Source: Octopus sinensis (Eukaryota). From it: a DNA stretch of 18,046 nucleotides. Positions 9,944-18,046 of this stretch are shown here, piece after piece. Position numbers and translations under genes: made by a program. The stretch spans positions 1 to 18,046 of the forward strand of contig NW_021824593.1 of assembly GCF_006345805.1 (NCBI RefSeq), read 5' to 3'. The number at the start of each line of letters is the position of its first letter. Within the stretch, counting starts at the first letter, position 1. Under the pieces are notes generated by a model that was given only the letters and a program-made list of their open reading frames with translations, made no database searches and had not been told where the DNA came from.

Positions 9944-10953
9944 CAAAATAAGAAAATGGACAAATACATCTAAATCAAATATCGATTACCAGATAATACC
10001 CAATCACATACTTTATTAAACCACCACATAAGAGACTGTAAGGACAAACATAATAAAGTAGAACAGAATAGTGTACATAAAGGAGTGTACATAAAGGAGT
10101 AATGTTATACAGTAAGTACAATATGTATAAGAGAATATAAAAATATAAAAATAAGACTATATCTTACAGCTGTTTCGGCCGTGCAGATAAGTATGTCTCG
10201 TAGTTATAAATGAGACATTTACAAAAATATCCTAAGGCCTCTTCGGAGATTATGTGATACAAATCAGATTACATACACATTAATATAGGTGTGGGTACAT
10301 ACCCATGATAAAACATATACATATAGATATGAGTGCATATACTCACACTCCTATACATATAAATATACATATACATAATGATATAAATAATATATAGAAT
10401 ATAGATCAATAAGCATATAGTTCGAAAAACGTACACCTATTAATACCTAAATGCAGATATACAGAGTCAAAAGTACATTATATTAATTCATAACAATTTC
10501 CCAAAATGTCATTAATGTTATCATCATTAACATTGTCATTACCACTAATGCTACCAATATCATCATTCGTATTATTATTAATAACGCTAATACTAGAAAA
10601 ACAATATATAGATTCCATTATTAGCAATATAGTTACAATAGTACTACAATACCATGCAAAGTGTTAAATATCTGCATATACATACGAAATATGAAACAAC
10701 AGCATTCTGTTTACACGACATTAAGATCCACTGGTGCACTGGTGCACATATTTACTTCCGAGTTCATATGACAGAAATACACTATTGCTTTCAGAAACAG
10801 ATACGAATCTAGCGCTAAACTATGATTCTGTTCTACTTTATTATGTTTGTCCTTACAGTCTCTTATGTGGTGGTTTAATAAAGTATGTGATCGGGTATTA
10901 TCTGGTAATCGATATTTGATTTAGATGTATTTCTCCATTTTCTTATTTTGTAT
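9941..10953. mobile_element. Element bounded by 129-bp inverted repeats and containing a hammerhead ribozyme (candidate Penelope-like pseudo-LTR remnant)
   Basis: 9941-10069 is the reverse complement of 10825-10953 with 2 mismatches in 129. Each arm has an AATAAA (minus 10017-10012; plus 10877-10882). A hammerhead fold lies at 10161-10250. No RT or GIY-YIG ORF is visible. Confidence 0.6.
10161..10250 (-). ncRNA. Minimal type I hammerhead ribozyme motif (U4C core variant)
   Basis: The minus strand reads AUCU-CCGAAGA-GGCC-[55-nt loop containing a 7-bp AUGUCUC/GAGACAU hairpin]-GGCC-GAAA-CAGCUG-UA-AGAU. Stem I is AUCU/AGAU, stem II is GGCC/GGCC, stem III is the palindrome CAGCUG, and the cleavage triplet is GUA (10167-10165). 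Confidence 0.72.
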
Positions 10954-11121
10954 TATGAATTTGTGGTAAAACATTTTACCTTTGCCCATATAATACAGTA
11001 AATGAATTAATTGCATCGCAATCCTTAACATTTATGTATTAACTTTGTTGGGTACTTTACTAGCAGTATATTGGATATATGGTATCCCATGGAGGTTGCA
11101 TTTACAACCCCTATCTCAATT

Positions 11122-11125
<4 letters not shown>

Positions 11126-11166
<41 letters not shown>

Positions 11167-11180
11167 TATCTATATATTAA

Positions 11181-11224
<44 letters not shown>

Positions 11225-11229
11225 TATAT

Positions 11230-11273
<44 letters not shown>

Positions 11274-11315
11274 GTATATATACATGCATACATATATATT
11301 GTATGAATGTATGGG

Positions 11316-11345
<30 letters not shown>
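11126..11345. repeat. (TA)n then (TG)n microsatellite
   Basis: Directly visible. Confidence 0.92.
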
Positions 11346-11347
<2 letters not shown>

Positions 11348-11822
11348 CATGCGTGCTTGCGTGTGCACGAATTTCCGGTAGATATTCGTGCGTTGTTTGT
11401 TTGTTGCTATTGGAAAATGTGTGTTTTGTGTTTGTTTCTCCATCGACACGAAGTAATTGGAAGAGTAGCGTAACGGTTCAATACGCGGCTAGTAAACATC
11501 CATCACACGTAATACTATACTATACACACATACATACACACATAAACATACGCAACGTATGTGTCCGTACATATATATATATATATGTGAATGTATATAT
11601 GTATGTGTATATTTATATATAAATGATATTACCAATCATTACTGGTGTACATCGTTGTTGTTTCGGTCCAGTTCCGTTTTATAATACACACAGATCTTTT
11701 CACATGATAGATCGTGTGTATAAATATATGTTCATTGTTGTTCACCGATGTTTATACAGATGTATGACATACAAACGTTCATACGTCTCCGCTCGCATCC
11801 ACAAGGACACGTGTTTGTGTGA

Positions 11823-11896
11823 TTATTATTATTATTATTATTATTATCATTCTTCTTCTTCTTCTTCTTCTTCTTCTTCTTCTTCTTCTTCTTCTC

Positions 11897-11927
<31 letters not shown>

Positions 11928-11948
11928 TTATTATTATTATTATTATTA
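11823..11948. repeat. Compound (TTA)n-(TTC)n-(TTA)n microsatellite
   Basis: Directly visible. The right-hand TTA block is also the tail of the adjacent retroelement. Confidence 0.95.
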
Positions 11949-12259
11949 ATTTATTTATGGGTTTTTCTTCTTCTTTCAAATTTGCTTCCATTTCTTGCCG
12001 AGTGTCTTCCCGACTCATAGGGCAAAGAAACTCATTGTATATATTGGTAGGCCATTAAACTAAACTCACTAGTTCGTTCATTTTTTTTTGATAGAAATAA
12101 AGTTAAATTAAAATACATGGGTAGTAATAGTTCTCACATCGACAATGCTCTTCTCAATACGTGTGATGTACCAGTTAAGACAATCTTTTGCACCTCTTGC
12201 AGGGATGGTAAGCCAGGGATCATTCTCAAATAATTTTCGGTTCCCTTCTTGATCATTCC
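11926..12259 (-). mobile_element. 5'-truncated R4/Dong-like non-LTR retrotransposon 3' end (family Y)
   Basis: Minus strand 12259-12134 reads GMIKKGTENYLRMIPGLPSLQEVQKIVLTGTSHVLRRALSM*, which matches the R4-clade C-terminal pattern (GALG.I.K.....L..IPG......QK..L.GTAHILR..L). It is followed by a 3' UTR of about 185 nt and an (AAT)n tail, and flanked on the other side by another (AAT)n array. Confidence 0.78.
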
Positions 12260-12353
<94 letters not shown>

Positions 12354-12377
12354 GTCATCACCATCATTATTATTATT
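12260..12377. repeat. (TTA)n microsatellite
   Basis: Directly visible. Confidence 0.97.
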
Positions 12378-12784
12378 ACTGATCAATTCACATAGCGTTT
12401 AAAAATCATAAGTTTCGTTTATGTTTTCCATCTTAAACATCAGCGCTTGATGATTTTTTTATAATAGCCTTTCCTTATTAAACCGAACAGCTTTCTGGTG
12501 AGCCTGATATTTTAAGCCCTTCAGGGGAGCGTTTTGTGAATTGAAAGAAAAGTTCAAAAACTTGACGTCAACAATGCCGTGGGCGAATAACTGTTAGAAA
12601 AGCTCCTACGTAAAGAATATACCCTTCATTATTCTTCTTACCCCTACTGTGAACCCAAACTAGAGCTGTGATGGCAGCATTAGCTGTAAGAACAACGACA
12701 ATGAAAACAACAACAACAACAACATCAATAACGACATCAAAAACCAGTGACAACAATAACAAGAACATCAGTGAGAAAAGCAAA

Positions 12785-12915
12785 AAAATGCTTAGCGGCA
12801 TTTCGTCCGTCTCTATGTTTTGAGTTCAAAGAATAAGTCCTGGGGTCGATTTCTTCGACTAAAGGCGGTGCTCCAGCATGGCCGCAGTCAAATGACTAAA
12901 ACAAGTAAAAGAGTA
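12785..12915 (+). mobile_element. SINE fragment: family-1 3' tail (12827-12915) fused to a short head-like segment ending in B-box-like GAGTTCAAA
   Basis: 12827-12915 is the reverse complement of the tail of copies A and B (cctggggtcgat...aggcggtgctccagcatggccgcagtcaaatgact...caagtaaaagagta). The head-like assignment of 12785-12830 is from recall. Confidence 0.75.
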
Positions 12916-13314
12916 TTACGGAAAGTATATCACTTGGTTTTTCTTTTAAAAATAACAATGCCGACTCAATTTTGAACAATATAAAAATAATCGAATCAAA
13001 TTGTCGTTATTTTCATTAGAAACTGAATACAAATTTTTATAGAAATTCAATTTTATTTTTATTTTATACGTAAGTAAAAGTGGAAACGTTAGTTTGTTTG
13101 TAAACGACATGGCGACTTAACTGTGGCTGAATGTTTTGTCTTCAGTTGAGACTCTTTAAAATATATTCCATGAAAGGGAAACTAGAAGAATGAACAATGA
13201 GTAAATAACAAAAAAAAACAACAAAAAACAAAACAAAGACAAAAACGAGTCAAAGAATTGGAAAAGAAAAACCCACACATATGTGCGTGGATGTGTATAC
13301 GCGTGAATGTATAT

Positions 13315-13338
13315 GGTGTGTGTGTGTGTGTGTGTGTG

Positions 13339-13380
<42 letters not shown>

Positions 13381-13436
13381 GTGTGTGTATGCATGTACAC
13401 ACACACAGAGACATATATATATATATTATATATATA

Positions 13437-13484
<48 letters not shown>

Positions 13485-13500
13485 GTATGTATATATATGT
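13315..13500. repeat. (TG)n then (TA)n microsatellite
   Basis: Directly visible. Confidence 0.92.
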
Positions 13501-14071
13501 ATCTATATATGACTGTATAAAAATTCTAATTTCGAAAGAGATATTTTCAGGCATTTTTCTTAATTTTGTATTTCGACAGAAGCAATGAAACAAACGTAAA
13601 CTGAAAAAAAAAAAAACAATCAGAAAGAAAAATGAAGAAAATCAAAAAAAGAATAAAAAAGAAGAAGAAGAGAAAAGAAAAGGACGAAACAAAGAAACAA
13701 CTCTCTATATTTTCATTTTGATTTACTTGTCTTTCTTTTGTCATAAAATATTTGACGTTAAGTCGACAGCTCTGGGAAATTTCGCAATTAAACGATTGCA
13801 ATTCGTCAAAACACACCTTTCTTTTATTAAATGGAATAAATGAAAAAAATTGAGGGTAGCAGATGGTTTGTTTCTCAACAAGCTAACCTAAGTGGTCATT
13901 CGAAGTTAGTTTATCAGCGATCATTATAGACAGCACAGCAAATGACCCAAAGCGCATTAAGTATTAGCAATCAAATATTGAGAATTAATATAAAATATTC
14001 TGCGCTTTCGGTTTGGGCAGCTGGATACAAACGTGCCAGTCAGTGTACGGCACTCACTGTTGCAGTAGCTG

Positions 14072-14270
14072 TTTGTTGTTGTTGTTGTTGTTGTTGTTGT
14101 CGCTGCTGTTGCTGCTGCAGAAGGTGATGATGATGATGATGATAATGATGATATTGCTGTTGTTATTCATGCTGATGCTGCTTGTTTTCGTTATTAATTC
14201 AACCTCCTACAACAATAACAATAACAATAACAGCAGTTGTCAACAACAACAACAACAAAGAGCAAAACCG

Positions 14271-14328
<58 letters not shown>
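14072..14328. repeat. Mosaic triplet repeats (TTG, CTG, GAT, CAA, CTA)
   Basis: Directly visible. Confidence 0.9.
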
Positions 14329-14404
14329 AGTATGCATCACATTGTTATATCGCTTCCATGTTTCCATACTAGAAGTAACTATTAGCAAGAGCGTTACGTA
14401 TGGT

Positions 14405-14405
<1 letters not shown>

Positions 14406-14440
<35 letters not shown>

Positions 14441-14588
14441 CGTATATATATATATATATATCTAATATGTATATATTATATATGTATATAAATAGTGTGT
14501 GTGTGTGTGTGTGTGGTGTGTGTGGTGTGTGTGCGGTGTGTGTAAACATAAACATACATACATACATATATACATACATATATACACA
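14406..14588. repeat. Compound (TA)n/(TG)n/(CATA)n microsatellite
   Basis: Directly visible. Confidence 0.88.
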
Positions 14589-15227
14589 CAGGGTGCGTAA
14601 CATGTTTCAGGACAGATTTGTTTGTAAAAAAATAAAAAAACAGATATATAATAACAGATAATAAATTTATTTATCAAAAAATGTTATGAGGCTAAAAATA
14701 AACTTTCTTTTCTATAATGTTATTCAATAAAACCCACTTTCAACTTCCACAACTGCTTCTATATGAGATCTAAATCATCTACATGCTCGAATCAAGTGGT
14801 CCTGGTTCATTTTGGACATTACTCAGACTATGGCAGCTTTCATATAATCATTGGTGTTATGGGCATGTTCATTGACTTCTCTCTCAACAACGCTCCACAT
14901 GTAAAAGTCCAATGGATTCAGATCTGGGGAATTAAGAGGCCAAATGTTAGGGATTATGTGACCAGGAAAATTTTTAGCCATTCATTCCTGTATTACTTGA
15001 GCCAGATGTAACAATGCAGAGTCTTACAGAAACACACCTGCCCTTCCATTGCATACACTGTCTATCAAGGGTTTAACAGTTATTTCCAGGACCTCAATGT
15101 AGGCGGCAGAGTTAACTCTAATTCTTTGTGGAAAGAAGTAAGAAGGCATCACATGTCCTTCATTGCTGACAACCACTAAGACTATGACAGTTGCAGGAAA
15201 TTTTGTATGTAAAACACTTGGAACTGC
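14589..15227 (-). mobile_element. 5'-truncated Tc1/mariner-superfamily DNA transposon of the DD37D (maT) family, retaining its 3' end
   Basis: It contains the transposase remnant listed next. The terminus begins CAGGGTG at 14589 on the + strand, typical of maT-type TIRs. The expected TA flank reads CA and abuts a microsatellite. I did not find the partner TIR. Confidence 0.8.
14720..15227 (-). pseudogene. DD37D transposase C-terminal catalytic region, inactivated
   Basis: Manual translation: AVPSVLHTKFPATVIVLVVVSNEGHVMPSYFFPQRIRVNSAAYIEVLEITVKPLIDSVCNGRAGVFL*DSALLHLAQVIQE*MAKNFPGHIIPNIWPLNSPDLNPLDFYMWSVVEREVNEHAHNTNDYMKAAIV*VMSKMNQDHLIRACR*FRSHIEAVVEVESG. Exactly 37 residues separate D(SA) from (PL)D. 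There are four in-frame stops and a terminal +1 frameshift (original GFIE*). Confidence 0.93.
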
Positions 15228-15742
15228 GTTTATAAATGGATGTTCGTTCGATTACGGAAAGGAACAGTTATAGACGATAACAGCCTGAAGAGATGTTTAC
15301 ACCCGTAAAAATATATCGAAAAGGGTTGTTAAATAGTTTGTAGCTCATCTTGAAGCTATTAGCTGCTTTAAGATATTTTCACGTGGTAGAATCCTCACTA
15401 GAAACAGCTGTTACGCTTTACTTAAACATTCTTTTTCCTGATTCTTAAAGTACGGAAATTCCATGAAAAAAAAAACAAAAGCATTCCAAAGAATTTTCTC
15501 CAGAAATGTCTCGCTTTATAATATAAGATTAAGAAGTTGAAGGCTATGTTATGTTGAAGATTTCTGACAGTCGTACTACACATGATTCTTACCAGCTGGA
15601 ACTTGTAAGAACTTCGCAACAGATGAAAAAAGTTACTTACGTCAAAACGCTATGCATCATCTTCCTTGGTTTCCTTGGTTTCCAATTAAGATTTCTTATC
15701 TCATCTCGTGTTATGACGGAGCAGTTAATCCACAGGGCGCTA

Positions 15743-16169
15743 TTACTCGTTACTCTTTTTACTCTTTTACTTGTTTCAGTCATTTGACTGTGGCCATGCT
15801 GGAGCACCGCCTTTAGTCGAGCAAATCGACCCCAGGACTTACTCTTTATAAGCCTAGTACTTATTCAATCGGTCTCTTTTGACGAACCGCTAAGTTACGG
15901 GGACATAAACACAACAGCATCGGTTGTCAAGCGATGTTGGGGGGGGGGATACAAACACACACACACACACACACACACAAATATATATATACATATATAC
16001 ATATATACAACGTGCATCTTTCAGTTTCCGCCAACCAAATCCACTCACAAGGCTTTGGTTGGCCCGAGGCTATAGTAGAAGACACTTGCCCAAGGTGCCA
16101 CGCAGTGGGACTGAACCCGGAACCATGTGGTTGGTAAGCAAGCTACTTACCACACAGCCACTCCTGCGC
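15743..16169 (-). mobile_element. tRNA-derived SINE, family 1, copy B (near full length)
   Basis: A box at 16160-16150, B box at 16117-16107, internal (TA)/(TG) microsatellite and a tail of repeated AAAAGAGT units. Collinear with copy A. Confidence 0.93.
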
Positions 16170-16427
16170 ATGTGTGTGTGTGTTGTGTAACTTTGGGGGT
16201 ATGCTTATTGGGTTACCTAATGTCATCCACAGTAACGATACGATTTTCACAGGAAATCCACAGTTGTTTGTTGAGTCTATAGTCATGATAATCAGCATCT
16301 ACTGATTGCTGCAACGCAACCAGATGCACAATAATCTACACCTGTGGTACAGATGCAGGATGGTCGAAACGATAATCATGCTAAATAAAGATTCACACTA
16401 AATCCATACACACACATCTATATCTAT

Positions 16428-17236
16428 ATTACATGGAAAACTGCGAGCAAGAGAAAAAATATTTTTAAGATTATAAACCTGGAAAAGTTCAGGACATCTG
16501 GTAAAGTACAGAAGAAGAAAATTTTTACTTAAAATATTGCAGCTAAGGATAAAATTTCAAATAAAATATTTAGATTTAGAAAATATGAGCTTTTATTAAA
16601 ACTAAACATTTTATTACAAGTTATTACTTCTATTTGTTATTAGTTGTCACTTCAATTAAAAATTAAAAATAACTCAAAATATTTGTGCACTTTAAAAAAA
16701 TTCATTTTTTTAATTATTAATAAATAATTAGAAATTTGAAAATAGGTTATAAAATAATAGTAGTACATAATCAATTAGTACAATAAATAGAATAATACAA
16801 AAATTCGTTATATATTACAGTAAAATATATCTATAACAACAAATTCACAGTAAAATTAGCTTGAGTTATTACCTAAGTTACTGCCAAGTCTTCACATTTT
16901 TAGTCTTGACCCAATACCAATTTTTGACACAATGAATTTGCCTACCATATATACTGTTACTTTGCATAAAACTTTAGCTATATTGGTACTTCTGGCTTTC
17001 ATTTTTTAAAGTATTCTAGTTGTCAATATTTTAACAAAATGACTGTACCGTTTTTTAATTATGTTGTAAATTAAAATCAAATAATTTTTAATATTAAAAT
17101 TTTATCCTTAGCTGCAATATTTTAAGTAAAAATGTTCTTGCTCTGTACTTTACCAGATGTAATAACTTGTCCTGTACTTTTCCAGGTTTATAATCTTAAG
17201 AATATTATTTCTCTTGCTCGCATTTTTCCATGTAAT
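16428..17236. mobile_element. Foldback/MITE-like element with 130/140-bp inverted arms and an AT-rich core
   Basis: 16428-16557 is the reverse complement of 17097-17236, with 7 substitutions and one 10-nt indel. Each arm holds three subrepeats of about 18 nt. No clear target-site duplication. Confidence 0.65.
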
Positions 17237-17519
17237 CCATGTTTTTTCCCAGGCTATGCTATTATGCTAATTAACAATGTGTCAAATGTGTCAATTAGCG
17301 GTGTCGTTGATAATTTTTTCCTTACCTCAATGACACCGGTGACATATATTAAAAGTCCCCTTATAAAACTATATTCACAAAAAAGTATAGAACTATATTA
17401 TCAGCCACAAATTTGAGAAACAATCACTCATAACTTTTTTCTCTTAAAACTTCATTGCATGAGATTGATGCCATGAAATTCCTCGAATTGAGCTCTATCA
17501 TTTAAGCTTAATTAAAATA

Positions 17520-17795
17520 TAGTACTTATTCTATCGGTCTGTTTTGCCGAACCGCAAAGTTACGGGGACGTAAACACACCAATATCTTTTGTCAAGCGAT
17601 GGAGTAGGGACAAGCACGGTCACACACACAAATATATACATATATATACGACGGGCTTCTTTCAGTTTCCGTCTACTAAATCCACTCACAAAGCTTTGGT
17701 CGGCTCGACACTTGTCCAAGGTGCCACGCAATGGAACTGAACCCGGAGTCATGTTGTTGGGAAGTAAGCTTCTTACCATACAGCCACGCTGCGCC
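17520..17795 (-). mobile_element. tRNA-derived SINE, family 1, copy C (tail missing, internal 15-nt deletion)
   Basis: Homologous to copies A and B from the head (GGCGCAGCGTGGCTGTATGG) to ...ccgatagaataagtact. It lacks ggctatagtagaaga at 17708. Confidence 0.9.
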
Positions 17796-17803
17796 TATAC
17801 ACA

Positions 17804-18046
17804 TGGTGATGATGGTGGTGACGGCGGTGGCGAAGATGGTGGTGGTGGTGAAGATGGTGGTGGTGGAGAGGACGGTGGTGAGGGTGTTGTTGTTGGTGGT
17901 AATGGTGATGGTGGTATTGTTATTGGTGGTGGTGGTGGTGGTGATGGTAGTGTTAGTGGCGGTGCTGGTGCTGGTGAGGGTGATGGTGGTGGTGATGGTG
18001 GTAGTGATGGTGGTAGTGATGGCGGTGGTGATGGCGGTGGTGACGG
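17804..18046. repeat. Degenerate (GGT/GAT/GGC)n triplet repeat running off the window end
   Basis: Directly visible. Confidence 0.92.

Noticed and set aside
12108-12386. 92-aa minus-strand ORF with poly-Asn, suggesting an exon
   Set aside because: It is an alternative frame over the R4/Dong-like remnant plus the (AAT)n array. The other frame gives the recognisable motif.
12562-12571. Palindromic CRE site TTGACGTCAA
   Set aside because: A single 8-10-mer can occur by chance in 18 kb, and there is no supporting context.
13750-13812. tttgacg...cgtcaaa foldback as a possible pre-miRNA
   Set aside because: Pairing is discontinuous and short, and I recognise no known mature miRNA.
14763-15011. 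82-aa plus-strand ORF
   Set aside because: Antisense to the DD37D transposase pseudogene.
1-18046. CRISPR arrays, rRNA or prokaryotic operon-type systems
   Set aside because: No repeat-spacer arrays, rRNA-like sequence or dense coding regions. The sequence is animal intergenic or intronic in character.

Overview
Eukaryotic, repeat-saturated non-coding DNA. By eye roughly 35-40% is simple sequence repeat (GA/CT, CA/TG, TA, AAT, CAT, CCA/GGT). The interspersed repeats look like those I recognise from Octopus (coleoid cephalopod) genomes; this is recall, not a database match. No host protein-coding exon is supported, and the long ORFs in the track are microsatellite read-throughs. Supported content: (1) a tRNA-derived SINE family with an internal TA/CA microsatellite (three minus-strand copies, two plus-strand 3' fragments); (2) a second tRNA-derived SINE at 8177; (3) a decayed DD37D (maT, Tc1/mariner) transposon with one CAGGGTG end; (4) a decayed LINE reverse-transcriptase fragment; (5) two different 5'-truncated R4/Dong-like retrotransposon 3' ends, each embedded in (AAT)n; (6) a Helitron-like non-autonomous element; (7) two long inverted-repeat structures. 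The most interesting signal is a minimal type I hammerhead ribozyme fold (10161-10250, minus strand) between 129-bp, 98%-identical inverted repeats that carry AATAAA. This architecture fits a Penelope-like retroelement pseudo-LTR. A more degenerate hammerhead-like remnant lies at about 15278-15413.
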